From Eukaryota sp. TZLM1-RC (Eukaryota; Protista; Metamonada: BaSk clade), in contig JAUPSS010000003.1 in assembly GCA_040285825.1 (NCBI GenBank), positions 2,356,001 to 2,420,000 on the forward strand: a DNA stretch of 64,000 nt. The letters run 5' to 3'. Position numbers and translations under genes: made by a program. This document shows positions 34,150 through 47,057 of the stretch, piece by piece. Below the pieces are notes generated by a model. The model saw nothing but the letters and a program-made list of their open reading frames with translations. It searched no databases and had not been told where the DNA came from. Positions within the stretch are counted from its first letter, which is position 1; every line of letters begins with the position of its first letter.

Positions 34150-36195
34150 CTAGAAATAATGGTAATTATTAATCAATTCTCTGGAAGTACCATTAATTGA
34201 TTATATTGTTGAAGAAATTGCCAACCGATCACTCCCAAATTTACGTTCTTGCCTGACAAATCTTCAACACCATCTGTTTTAATTATATGTAAGCTTATGT
34301 AATGAAGTCAGACTTGGCTTGGCCTAAACAGAAAATCCCGCTTTCAATTTGTTTTTAAAAGTCATTCGTAATAGTTCTGCTGATGCTTTAGTTACTCAAA
34401 TTCCCTCTGTTTATGGACTTCTGTTAAAAAACAATGAATGGCTTTTAAACGTGTGTTGTCGTTGTTTTCAATGGCCAAACAATTTGCCCAATCATTTAAC
34501 ATGTAATGTGGTAAACCTCTTTTGTTTACTCATCTTTTGAACTGTGAGCATTTAATTACATTTAATTTTTTAATTTTGATAGTACGTGCTACAACAGAGC
34601 TTCTATGGGACTGGGAAGAGGTGATGTAGTTGTGCCCGGCTTAAATGAAAGCCTTACTATTTTAGAAACCATGTTCATAGGCCCCTGTAATTCATCTAAC
34701 GAACTTTTATTAATTTAAATGTCAATAATCCTCTTCTTGATGGGAAAATACATAATTGCGAATACGCGAAACCCATTTTCTCTCAATAAAATCTATCATG
34801 CCCAAAATAATCTATGCCCTGTTGTTTTTCCCTCCTTGCTTCTTTAGGTAAGGCCGCTTTAAACTTTCTTGGATGATATCAATGTATTGTAAAGGTCAGA
34901 AGTTTAATGAGTTACATGCAAAAGTTCTGTCTCAATTACTGGGATGTAAAATGTTTCAAATTCCAGATCATGCTTACCTTAGTCCACATAATGGTGGTTT
35001 AGGGTGGACAAAGGTATCAATTCTTACCTCGTGTGCTTTTGTTGGTGGATGCAGAAATGCAATCTTTAAGTTTTCCGAAAGATTTGCAGATTGGGAAGAT
35101 TTATTGATGACAACGCAAAGTTCCACTGTTTTTGCATTAAATGAAGAAATTTCAACAATTGATGTAGAAAAAAGGGGTCGATGTTTTCCCCAATCATTCA
35201 ATGGCAATATTCCAGAAAAAAATGTTTTAAATTTGAAGTACACTCTTCGAACATTACAGAAACGATTGACTGGAATGTATGAAAAAGATCTTTATAATAA
35301 TATATGCAGCTCGGCTGTTTTAAATCAAGATCTTCACTCATTGTTATTGGAAAAGGGTGTTTGTGAAAACAAGTCGTCAGATTCTTCACTTTTTGTAATC
35401 ATTGTACCACGAAGATTTGGATTGTGTGCCACTAATGAAGCGTTTGTAACAAAAATGAGATTATATTTGAACATCCCCATTAATCAATTATTATCAAAAG
35501 AAAAATGTATTTGTTCGAATTCACCTCAACTCACTTTGCGCCATGCTCTGAATTGCTCTAAATTGATAACTTATCGTTCTTCATTACATAATGCTGTTAG
35601 AGACACTGTTTTCAATATGTCACAAACTGCAAGGATATCGTGTATCAAAGAGCCCCTGCTGAAGGAAACACTTTCTCTGAATAATTTTGGTTCTGATGAT
35701 AGAGGTGATGTATACTGTGATTGGATTGATAATTCTGAAGCTATTGTTGACTTTGTCTCATGTAATGTTGCAAATGATACTTTGGTTCTCAGAAGAAATC
35801 TTAATCCTGTGGCTGCTCTGGATTTGAAGCAAAAGAGAAACATAGAAAATATGATATAAAGATATTGAAGAGGCTAATGTCTATAGAAATACACAGCTGG
35901 TTTTTATTGCTTTCTCATTTTCGATAAATGGAAGATTATCAGTTGAAGCAGAAACTTTTTTGGATAACTTCCAAAAAATGGTGCAAGAAAAAACAATGAA
36001 AAGATTTGATATTTTTTTATGGCGTTAACGGATTCAATTTGCCATTATTAATAGATTACCTCGGTTTTTCAATCGAATTAGAGAAGCTTTAGCTAGATAG
36101 CAAGCAGATCAAGATTTTGTAGAGGAAATCTTGGTTCAATGATAGTCGTCCCATTAGTTATGAGTTAATTTAATTAAGTGTGCGAATTCAATAAA
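34150..36195 (+). mobile_element. REL non-LTR remnants: degenerate family A-like part (to ~34872) joined to family B 3' half
   Basis: Family B ORF 34873-35859: GGLGW, CIC..HALNC, H.AVRD..KEP..RGDVY..VDF (REL nuclease). The 3' end matches 51130-51490. Confidence 0.85.
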
Positions 36196-37037
36196 TACAT
36201 ATTTGATTCAAAGGAGAGAACTGGAGGAATTTTCACTAATGTTTACCATCAAAACAGGATTGTGTTTTTTGTGAGGGAATAGTGAAATCAATTTCTAATT
36301 AATTTTGTTCTTTGGGAAAATTTGCGAAAAATTTGATAGTGTACTGTTTCGATGTAAGGAGAGCAGTTTGTGAAGACGTATAGCTTTAGTTGTGTATTTG
36401 ATGTTTTTTGATTCGGTATTTTATAAATAAATACATGTATTTGAAAACAAAGAGATTTTATCAAAAATTAGTCCAACCCTATTAATTCAAAACTTCAAAA
36501 TCACTCCACATTCCCGAAAAAACAAAAATTTCATGAGCTTATCTTGAGAAGTAACAATGAAATAAGAATTTACATCTTATTGAACGAATCTCATTGATTG
36601 ATTCATCCAAAGCAAGCAGCCAGGAAAACAGCCAAGTTGGAATGATTGAGCATTTGAATCATAGTTTTACCAAACTACAAAGTCATTCGAGCAAACATCA
36701 ATTTCTGGTTTACAATCCGGCAGTTACTTACACTAATTTGTAAAGCCGACTTCGGCATTATGACTGTTGAACCATTTCGGTTACATTTTGTTTCATATGT
36801 TTGACAACCAGATTGTGTAAAATTCGTTGAAGAACCAATTTTTCGTGATTATTCCATTACATATCCATAATAAAAATAGATTCGTTGAAATATCTAAAGA
36901 TTCAACAAAGCGAAAAGGTCAATTCACAATGGTTTTCCATTTGATTCAAGCAACGACAAGTTAAATCCATTCATAATAAAGTTTTACTAAATTACTGTTA
37001 CATCAACAAAACAAAAATCAATCCTAATTATTAACCA

Positions 37038-39861
37038 CTAATAATCTACAATTGAGTATTCACTACCCTTAAAATAAGCCCATATACCAAATACAGTTCC
37101 AGAAGGAATTGGTTTGGTATCACTACTACCATTTAAGCTAAAAGTAGCTTGATTGTTTTCAATATTGACGTAAAGAATGTCTCCTTGGTTCATTGTAGTT
37201 TGAGGTAGAGGTCCCCAACCATTAGTGTCATATCTAGTACAAACACCCCACTTACCGCTCCTAATATTATCCATTGTCCAAAACCCAATAGAATCATAAT
37301 CATTCACCATCCTAGTCCTTTTAATTGCAATTTTGAACTTTTTAGGATTGAAATCTATTGCTGCAAAATTACAATGCTTATAACCATCACAACAATCATT
37401 CAAAACCCTTCTATTACCTTCTGAGAACAGCATCCCAGAACCACTTTGATTTGCATTAAACTTCATGAATTTGGTTTCCCTACCCAATAACTTTTGACAT
37501 AGTTGATTAATAATGTCAAATGAACAATTACCAACAATAACCCCTTCCAACCATTCTTCCTTGTTTTTATTAATTGAATTAGAACGATTTAGGTTTAATA
37601 ATAAATCCCTTGAAATTGTGAAAACTTCTGGAATTGAACCAAATTCATAATGATCAATAGCCTTGTCTAATAACCAAGAATTTGAATATTTCATTGAATA
37701 ATTTATCAAAGTTTTAAATTCCATTTCAGACAGGGTATTGAATTCTATCTTTAAAATAAATGATTCAATGTCAATTTGAGAAGTAAATTCGTTACCAAGA
37801 TTCAAAATCCAAATAAAATCCTTAACATTAATTGAATTAATATTAGAAACAAAATGAATAAACAATTTGTGTTTTAATTCTTGTTTAATTTCAAGACCTA
37901 AAATCATTTCTAATTGTGCCTTTGAAATTTGTTCTGTTAATTGAACTGAAACAGTTTCAAAAAGTTTTTCTTTAAGCCTATTGGAATTTAAACGGTGAAT
38001 AAATGAAATTATTGCTGATAAATGATTTGACTTATTAAAGTCGTGGAGGAAATCATCAACTAAAGCTGGTTCGATATTTGAATCGCTTAAATCAATCACG
38101 TCATCAATCAAAATTGATTGAAAAAGATGACGAAACTCAACACTCACCATTCTGGTTATCTCAGTGCTTTTCAATTTAAAAATCACTTTTTCAAAGGATT
38201 TTTTTTGAATTTCTTGAACTTCATTTGTTTTGAAGACTTTACATTAGTCGTCCCATTAGTTATGATTTAATTTAATCAAGTGTGCAAATTCAATAAATAT
38301 ATCAAAAAAAGACTTTACAATTCATTACATTAACAGAGAAAGTGACCAGAATCACAGCAAGTTCATCAAATTTTGAAAGAGGAATCCAAATAATTTCATT
38401 TAAATCAGCAAAAGCAAATTGATCAAAATCAAAAGAATACATACATTCTTCAAAAATTTCAACATTCCAATCAGAATTACCTTGACTGTAATTGACTGGG
38501 CTTGAATATGACGTGACCAAGGTATTGAGTAACCAATGATTAAGTTCACGATCATTTTGATTGTCAGACTTCAATTCTTTAAAAGTTTGAGGTTTGATTG
38601 AGATGGGATCAGCATTGATGATGCTAAATTTTGGCATAAATGTTTCCAAATTTTCACTATTGAAACCTTCACGATCAGCAAGCTCAATCGTCTCAACCAA
38701 CCAATTTGGATTTCTATTTGAATCTTTAACATATCCAAAACAATTAATAGAAAATTCAATTAAAATAGTAGATAAAGAGTCGTCCATTTTCAAGGGAGAA
38801 AAAAGTTCAAAATAAAGAAAGTCAAATGGAATATCCTTGACTTCTAACAGAGTCAACACATTTTTGACCTGTTTGAGTGAGAAAATTTGGTCACTTGACC
38901 ATGACTTTACGAAACTTTTAATCAACCACATCACGTGATTGATTGACTTTAATTGACCTGAAAGTTTGATTAAAGTGATTGGTTTAAGTTCGACATGTTC
39001 ACGTTCACCAAGGTCAAAAACACTGGAAATCTGATTTGCCACTTCCTCAATCAAATGTTGATCAAATTGATTGGCAGTTATCAATAACCAGAATTACCAA
39101 TCATTTTTAGTATTTGAAGATTCAAAATTTGGTAATAAGTTGACTGAAAATTCCAACAAAACATCAGTTAAATCTTCAAAATTACCAAAAACTTTTACAA
39201 CTTGATTCCAAATAAATTCAATTTCAATTTGTTTAATCAATTCAAAACAATTTTTCAAAACTTGGTCAACATCTTCAACAGAAATGCTAACCTTGACATA
39301 GGATTCCACCAAAGAAAGAAGCATCCATTTGATAGAGCCAGTAGTGGTTAGATTCATAGAAAGAACTTCAAAGGATTCTTCCTTCAAAACTAGCGGTCGG
39401 TCTAGTAGAAGGTTATCTACCAAAGGACAGCACTTCTTAATGAACGAGTAATGGACACATTCATCGGCTCTGTGGATGACATTCAAAAGGTGAGGAGAGG
39501 AGAGGTGTTGGATGAAGGAGAATGCTCTCTCAACTATTTCGGCTGTCTTGAAGTATTCAGCAATGTAGTAGATATCGAAAACATTCTCGTTAGTTATTTC
39601 CAAAGGCCGGCAATAGAGAGCATTGATGAAATCTTGGAAAATGGTAACATCAATGGGAAGATTGTCAATTTCTAAGCGTTGTCGATCTCGGTCAGTGGTG
39701 GGGATGGTGAACATTTGATGGAGGTATCGAGAGAAGACAGAGAGAATGTTTCGATGAAGAGCAAATTCATGTTCAAGATAGATAAGAGTAACATCGGAGA
39801 AATCAGTCGTGTGGAAGAGCTTCTCGGCAAATGTAGAGGGTGGATATTGGAAGGTGGCCAT
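37038..39861 (-). pseudogene. BTB-domain protein with helical repeats and SPRY-like C-terminus, disrupted
   Basis: BTB FSDVTL..FALHRNILSVFSRYL. ORFs 39094-39861 and 38302-39084 share a frame across one TAA. Removing the 76-bp insert plus TSD joins 37038-38186, giving 916 codons in total. Confidence 0.85.
38244..38308 (+). mobile_element. 65-bp 5'-truncated family B non-LTR insertion with A tail and 11-bp TSD
   Basis: TSD AAGACTTTACA at 38233-38243 and 38309-38319. The body matches the family B 3' UTR at ~36143-36197. Confidence 0.92.
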
Positions 39862-40707
39862 TAGGTTTGGGGACTCAAAAATTGAATTTTTCTTGGAATA
39901 AAAGGAAACTGGCTGTCAACTGTGTTCAGTATGGAGAGGATTGCCATTATCTGTAGTGTCAACGAGGCTGTTTTTAAAGCAACACTGTCACTGGAAAATT
40001 CTGCTTCTGATGAAAAGATTGAAGAGGATTGTGATTCGCTGGCAAACGGTTAAGCCATTGTTGAAATAGTTTTTTACGATGTTGGAACTGAAATTGTGGT
40101 TTTAAGAAGAAACAGAACCATGTAGATGCTTTTGAATTCAAAGCAAAGATAACCTAATAAATATGGAAATTTTATTGAAGAAACAATTGCTTATAGAACT
40201 AATCCACTTTTAAAACAATTATCTAATTTCTGTAATCAAAAAATTCTTAGAAGCGGTTGTTTGTTTTAATGACTCTCAGAAACCATTATGTTCAGGATAA
40301 AGCAATGTAGAATCTTGGTAGGAAATGATGACGTTCTCAAATACTAGTCATCACCATTCAAACAACATTCAAAAATCGTACAGGAGAAGCTACAGCAATA
40401 TGAATGTGCTATAGCAATTGGAACTGAGAATCTTGTTTGAAAACAGTTCTATGATTTGCAAGTTTATTTTGTCAGGTGTGAAGGCTAAATAACAAAGAAA
40501 CAGTAAATCAAAACATCCCATCAACTTGAATATATTTGGTGTTTTTGCTTTGTGATAAACAGACTGAAATTCACATTTCCCATGTAAATATTCATTTTTT
40601 ACACTATTGAAAACATTGCTGAAAGGTAAATTGAAAATACAATTGTATCTTTTGGAGATAAAAGGACTGATAGATGAAATTAACATAAGGTTAATGACAT
40701 AAAGTTA

Positions 40708-41469
40708 TTACAAATACATATATTTGGTATAAAAATGAAGTAGAACAGAGAGCATTTGGTATGAACGAAATACACAAAATAAATAAAAACCGGCTGCCAC
40801 TACTATAAGCAAAACCATTGTAAACGTCAGATCATCTTTATCCAAAGTCCAATCATCAAAGTCTGTGACAATGAATGTCACAATAAGAAAAAGAGATGCA
40901 GAAATGATGGCATGCACAAATGGGAAATGATTCGTCTTCTCGGGATCGGTGTAACTCCAGGAAAAAAAATGTGCTCTAACAAAAACATCAGGTGGAAGAT
41001 GATTTGTTTTGAAAAAGTGACAGGTGCTATTTTCTGTTCCAAAAAGAGGTCGACATACAGTCACAAGTGGAACAAATGTGACATCTTCATGAATTGAACA
41101 TTCATTGCGAAAAACAGTGAATGGTGTGCGAATACTAGAGACTTCAACAGTGTGCTCCCATCCTATAACCTCAGTTACACCAAGGTACCGGATTTTTAAT
41201 CCGTCTGCTCTTAAGCTGAGATACATATCTAATTTTTGGTGATCATCATTCCTTCCATAGACAGTCAGTTCAAATTTGCGCCAATATCCTATAGTTCTGC
41301 CACTTGAAGAACCATGGCGGATCAGCTTTTGATTGAAACAGGTTCCAATAGAAAAGGCCATCCTAGGAGGGGACCAATTGAAATTCACTAAAGTAAAATA
41401 TATCCCTAACGTGATCAGGTAGATGTAGGTCACCAATATGCTCCATAAAGTCAAACGATAAAAGTTCAT
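40708..41469 (-). CDS. Hypothetical multi-pass membrane protein
   Basis: 253-aa ATG-initiated ORF with one N-terminal and two or three C-terminal hydrophobic segments. No family recognised. Confidence 0.55.
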   Translation of the reverse strand: MNFYRLTLWSILVTYIYLITLGIYFTLVNFNWSPPRMAFSIGTCFNQKLIRHGSSSGRTIGYWRKFELTVYGRNDDHQKLDMYLSLRADGLKIRYLGVTEVIGWEHTVEVSSIRTPFTVFRNECSIHEDVTFVPLVTVCRPLFGTENSTCHFFKTNHLPPDVFVRAHFFSWSYTDPEKTNHFPFVHAIISASLFLIVTFIVTDFDDWTLDKDDLTFTMVLLIVVAAGFYLFCVFRSYQMLSVLLHFYTKYMYL

Positions 41470-42169
41470 TGAAAAGCAACGAAAACCCGGATCTTTGATT
41501 CCTACAGGCCCGGACCCAATTATTGCAATACAGAGTGCAACGACGGAGTGTAGTTACACGGAGTGTGCACTCAGTTCGGTGATGAATGAAGACAAAATGT
41601 GTAAATTGGGGCCATCTTGGAACCAAAAACGATTTTGGTTAAATGTCTTTCCTTCGTTTTCCATCAATGATGCTCCTGCATTTCTACTTCCATCATCATT
41701 CACTTACAAGATGAGCTACAAAGAAGGTGATTCTGATTCCTGAACCTCCCTCATCTATTGAGAATGATTAACATGATGCGAGTGTGTTGTCATTCAATAA
41801 ACCTTGTCTTTATCTCTGAGGATATTCACCCTCACTACGGTACTTCCTCCTCAATTTTACAATTCTGCCCCCTCTTGCACCAAGCAAAAGCTCTTCTCAA
41901 CGCTTGAGTAAATTTCAATCATCACTACAATTCTGAACTTCATTAACGTGTTAATGGGAGCCAGTACTCAATCCATATTCCGCGATTGTGTTACAATATG
42001 TTCAACTTCAGATCGTTTCACTGGTGTTTATGATGTAACGTACCACTCCAACTCACAAAGAATATGCATGAAATTGATCAAAAATGAATCATTAATGTGG
42101 AAATAACCCAATGTAAATTGGAGACATGGTATTTACAGAAAACTTCAAAAACAATTATTAAAGTGAATC

Positions 42170-42410
42170 GTTGTCCAAATCGTCTACCCAACAGCATGCA
42201 AAATACAAGTTGTATCCAATTGTATTTTCTCTTTTTGGTTCACTTACGGATATGCGCTTTTTTGAAAGATTTTGAAATGATTGTGAGGAGAACCAATAGA
42301 AATTATCAAAAGTTGTTTTGGCTAGAGAGAGTTGTATCTAGTGTTTTTGTTTTGAAGAGATATGAATTATTAAGATGTTGATTTTTAAGTTGTTTGAAAA
42401 ATCACAAAAT
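42170..42410 (+). mobile_element. REL non-LTR family A 3' fragment
   Basis: gattttgaaatgattgtg and gagagttgtatctagtgtttttgtttt match 48500-48690. Confidence 0.75.
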
Positions 42411-42411
42411 A

Positions 42412-42920
42412 ATATTTATTTATTTATTTTCTACGAAGAATCAAATAGAACAAACTAAAACACATAAGAAACTAAATTCTCCACGCCAACTCTTGATGAA
42501 TCCTTATAAAGTTTAGACATCATTAAACTCAAGTACTTGGGAACACTTCTGTACAAAGCGAAAATGATACGATTTTTCCATAAATTCTCTGCAAAATTCT
42601 TACCACTTGAACGACATAAATTACCAAAATCATTGATGAAATTCAAGGCGGATTGTCCAATGTTGCCAAAAATCGAAAAGGCAAAAGGAACAAACGAAAA
42701 CTTCGAATAAAGGTTCTTATTTAAATCATTTAATATCTCAGTATATTTATCTCTCTTACGATCTTCAGCCTTGTTCAAATGACCATTAGTACTAAGTAAA
42801 ACATCATCGCGATAAACCAAAGCAAAGGGATCAACTGTAGTGAAATCAACAACAACTTGAGAGGAATCCACAAAAGGAGCAATTAAATCACCTCGACGTG
42901 AATTAAAAAGATTATCATCA
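42412..42920 (-). mobile_element. REL non-LTR 3' fragment of a third family, with (TAAA)n tail
   Basis: RRGDLIAP..VVVDFTTVDP..AEDRKRDKY..FVPFAFSIFG (REL motif). Lies tail-to-tail with the family A fragment. Confidence 0.8.
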
Positions 42921-42921
42921 C

Positions 42922-42958
42922 TATAATATATATATATATATTATATAATATATATTAT
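42922..42958. repeat. (TA)n microsatellite
   Basis: tataatatatatatatatattatataatatatatta. Confidence 0.8.
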
Positions 42959-44798
42959 CACAAAATAATATTTTTTAAAATAATTTATGATAAGTGTCAA
43001 ACAAATGCAACCCTGACAAGGTTCTTCCAGTTATTAGTTATTAGTTTTGTGCAGTCACAAATTGGTGACAATTATACATTACTACTGTGTAGCAAACTTA
43101 TCAATGTAAGATCAAACAAAATTGATGATGTTGGAGTGGATGGGCTTGTTGAAGTTCTTACTGAAAACATTGGTCGTAAAGTAAAGTAAATTAATTAATT
43201 ATTAAAGTGCAATTGAAGCATACCAACATCACTTATCAGAAAGTAAAATCAATCAGTAATTTGTATGAGGGTCGACTCGAGATTTAATTTGTTCTTTGTG
43301 TTTGCAAAATATGTGCATGCGACAATTCACGTCCAATATTACCACTGAATCACATGAAATGGGTGTTGTCAACATCAGACTGTTATACCTTGATGTTAAT
43401 AAAGATCAAGATTTTTTCGAAATCCTTTGACAATACAAGCATAGAATGTATAAGTAAGAAAGAATCAGTGAACAGCCACTGTCTACATCAATTCTTTCAA
43501 AAACTACAGTTCCAAAAACGCTATGTATTAGCTTCACGAATTTCTATGTTTTTATTTCTGAATCTACCACATCTGGAGCTCAGCAATGTGATCCCCTTGG
43601 GGCACTACTGTTTTTTAGCAATTCACAAAAGCTTGCTACATTTTAGTAACCAACATCCTCTATTGAGAAGATTTGGATATGTGAATGAAATCTCAATTAA
43701 TGGTCTTTTAAATTTTTAGAACAAATTGGCCTTTGTAGCAGCTTCACTTTTTACTGAAAAATTAGTCTTTTGCACAATCCTAAAAGAAGACTGCTTATAG
43801 GAATTTCTTACCGAAATTGGGTTCTGCTCTTGGTACAATTTCTTCATTTAAAATTAATTCGAACAAATTAACTTTTTTATCAAGACAATTCGTTACTCAA
43901 GTAAAATTCCCTACTTTTCAAGACATTATTACCTCTTTAAGTATTTCACTTCAGCTGTGGCGCTTCTTCTGGACAACTTTTTGTATTTTAAACAAATTTT
44001 TCTCGGTCGTTTTGATACAACGAGCACTTCCAGTCAATTCTTTTTTTATTTGTTTCATTTGTTTTTTCATTTGCTGAGTTTATGTATGAATGTATAGAAT
44101 GTTAAGTTGTTTGTTTAGTTCTCAATGGAATGAATAGTTAGTTCAAGTGAATTTTTATTGTTCACATCTTATTTCATCCAAATTTCTTTATAAAAGGAAT
44201 TAGAAAGTTCCTCAACAGCGGTCAAGTAACGTGAGTCTTTTGCCATGTCTTTTATTGCAACGTGATCTAAAGAAGCGAAATTATGATGACCTAGTTCAAT
44301 GAATTTAAGCCGAGCTCTGGATAATACTAACCATGTCATTAATCAGAGGCTCTGAGAGCCATTGTGAAATCTTCATTACACAACGCCCAAACTTTCACGG
44401 CACAAAGGAGACAAATAAAGAAGCTGATGACTGATTCTGACCTACCATTCTGACCTTTTCAATGACATTAAATCAAGATCTTGATCTAAAACAGCTGAAT
44501 TGTACATATTTTTAAAGAGATCATCTTCATGGAGCAATTTCTCAGCTAAAGACCATCTCCAGCTGTAGTAAAAAAAGGTCCATCTGTAGTCATATTTTCC
44601 TTGGTGATTATTATATTTTATTGTACTAGTAACTATACGTTTATGTATCATTGAGGAGAAAACTATTGCCATCAATTGAAATATAATTATTTGAATTTAT
44701 TCCAATTAAAATGGAATTTATTAGAGTAAGGCGTCGCACTCGGTTCAATTGACTTCAACACAAAATCCTTTCAATTTATTAATTAATTTTAATTTAAT

Positions 44799-46856
44799 TC
44801 AAGATAGCAAACTCCATTGCTCTTGAAAGTATTGTTCCAGCAAACGTCTTCTTTCTTTTCTGCAATTAAAAATAAATTCTCTCTTGTGTTCTACACTTTG
44901 CTGACGTGTCAACTGGGCCTTTTTGAGCTTTTGCTTATGATCTCTGAACCATTCATTCGTCTTCTGAGCTTCCCTCTCAAATTTTGACCTATTTTGCTCC
45001 TCCAAAACTGATCTCTTCTCGTCAAATTTTTGAGACATTTCTAATCTGAAATTTTGAGCAGCTTCCTGCTGACTGATCTTCATCGCTTTTGAGGTCAACC
45101 TACTCAACTGATGGGAAACCTTGACGTGACCAGAGGTAAAATCAATCAAACTTGATTGGCCTCGTTTTCGTTTTTCTAAACTCGCACGTGCTTGATTACG
45201 GAGTTGATTGACCTTCTGTCTGTTATGTTGAGAATTTGATTGAGCTGATTGATTGTAGATTGAGTCTGGATCAAATTTTGAATCAAATTGAGCTCTAATC
45301 GTCTGTCTTCGGGTGTCAAAATGTTTTTTTATTTTGACCTTTCTTTTTGATTCTTCTTTACGTTGGGATTGGCACTGTTGCTTTTTAAGATTAGTTACAT
45401 GTTCATATTTTTGCTTGACATGTGTCGTGAGCTCTTTTTGACCTGTTCTTCTTGGTAAACAGTGATACTTCCATAAATCACTATCATTAAATTTCACACT
45501 TTTGGTTACATTCTGCTGTCTGACACCTTCAAAATTTCGTGACTTGATCCCTTCTTGTCTTGAGAGCTCTTCTTCTATATGAATACGTTCCAACTTCCCG
45601 ATTTTGCCAAGTTCTTGAGCTTCTTTCTCCAAAATTTGGCGCAATTCAACGTTTCGTATTGGAAGCGCACGTGATTGTATCACGTCATCTCTTTGACCCA
45701 TCACGTCATCATTTTGACCTTCTAATAGTGAATTAGGAGAACTTTGTACACAATCTGGACTCACATGAGTAACTTTTCCCTTGTGAAGGCAAATGAAACC
45801 AAGTTGTGACAAGTCAAAATTTTCAGAGAAGGGAGCATCAGGAGGCGAGTGTTTGACCGCTTGCTCTGTGTGAACCCTTCTGTGAGCTCGACTTGTCAGA
45901 GGAAAGTTTTTATTATGCTGAGTGCTTTGATCCAAAAAATTTAAATTTTGGTCACTTTCATCTGATTGTTCAATTAATTTTTTTAATCTCTTTTGCTTGT
46001 ACAATAACCAAAATTGCCAAATAATTCTCGCAGCTTCTTCCTGATTTTTGAGAACATTATGAGATGGCACGTCATCATTTTGACCTATCACTTCCTTTTT
46101 GACCTTCCTTTTGACCCATTGTCTAACCAAAAAACCACGCACAACACGTTGAATTTCCAAAACCGCTGCTGATTTTAATAAAAACACGAAAGAAATTCTT
46201 TTTCGGACCAAAAAACCTCGAATTACACGCTGAAGTAATAAAACTGGGGACACCTCTAATTGAATTTGAAAAACTTTTTTCAATAATAAACTTGTATAAT
46301 ATGACCAATCAAGAATATCACGTGTTATAGGGGGTTTAAAATAACTGATTTGACTGGCATTGGACATTGGTTGCCATTTGGGCAAAGTGATTGACCATGC
46401 CAGTCCATTGATGACCTCTGAATCGGAAACAACGTGATGGTCAAGGCAAGTCAAGCTCGGAATAGAATTGACTATGTAATGGCGGTAAGACGAACTTTTA
46501 GTCAAAGGATTTCCATCTAAACGTAGGATTTTAAGTGATGTGAGGTGACAAAGCGCCGACATCATGGAAAATGATGTGAGCTTGTTGTGATTGAGAAAGA
46601 GAACCTCCAGGAGAGTGAATGAAGACCAAAAAGAAGCGTTTGGAATTCGAGAGAGGTGATTATGAGAGACATCAAGGTAAGAGATCGACTTGCACAATGA
46701 GAAAGGGGAGAGAGATGAGATGAGGTTATGAGAACATTGAACATGCGAGAGTGAACCAAAGAATGAAGGGAAAGAGAGAGTTGTGAGGTTGAGAGAAGGA
46801 ACAAGGAGTACATATGGATGAGTCGGGTCATCAACGAGGTCATTGAGCCTGTTCAT
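44799..46856 (-). CDS. Leucine-rich-repeat and IQ-motif protein (LRRIQ3-like, probably ciliary)
   Basis: LRRs with LRRcap (GNPL...YRHYIVNSIPSLTCLD), IQ motifs LQRVIRGFLVR and IQRVVRGFLVR, and a coiled-coil C-terminus. First ATG is at 46856. Confidence 0.85.
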   Translation of the reverse strand: MNRLNDLVDDPTHPYVLLVPSLNLTTLSFPSFFGSLSHVQCSHNLISSLSPFSLCKSISYLDVSHNHLSRIPNASFWSSFTLLEVLFLNHNKLTSFSMMSALCHLTSLKILRLDGNPLTKSSSYRHYIVNSIPSLTCLDHHVVSDSEVINGLAWSITLPKWQPMSNASQISYFKPPITRDILDWSYYTSLLLKKVFQIQLEVSPVLLLQRVIRGFLVRKRISFVFLLKSAAVLEIQRVVRGFLVRQWVKRKVKKEVIGQNDDVPSHNVLKNQEEAARIIWQFWLLYKQKRLKKLIEQSDESDQNLNFLDQSTQHNKNFPLTSRAHRRVHTEQAVKHSPPDAPFSENFDLSQLGFICLHKGKVTHVSPDCVQSSPNSLLEGQNDDVMGQRDDVIQSRALPIRNVELRQILEKEAQELGKIGKLERIHIEEELSRQEGIKSRNFEGVRQQNVTKSVKFNDSDLWKYHCLPRRTGQKELTTHVKQKYEHVTNLKKQQCQSQRKEESKRKVKIKKHFDTRRQTIRAQFDSKFDPDSIYNQSAQSNSQHNRQKVNQLRNQARASLEKRKRGQSSLIDFTSGHVKVSHQLSRLTSKAMKISQQEAAQNFRLEMSQKFDEKRSVLEEQNRSKFEREAQKTNEWFRDHKQKLKKAQLTRQQSVEHKREFIFNCRKERRRLLEQYFQEQWSLLS

Positions 46857-47057
46857 TTCATTATGTTCAACAATGAAGATAATATAGCTTGAAAAGCAAA
46901 GCGGGTCAAGTATTTTAAATTGCAACTTGTCGACATCTTCTTCTCATCTTCAAATTGGGTTCTCAACTTGATACAGTTTTTAGTTTATTGTTTAGTATTT
47001 CGTTGGATTAATTTAAATGGTATTCAATAAAATCAAGTTTATTTACTGTTATTCTGG

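Noticed and set aside
39040-39100. Intron removing the in-frame TAA of the BTB gene (GTAATT donor)
   Set aside because: The nearest AG acceptors give 52, 56 or 67 nt and none preserves the frame. The downstream sequence looks coding.
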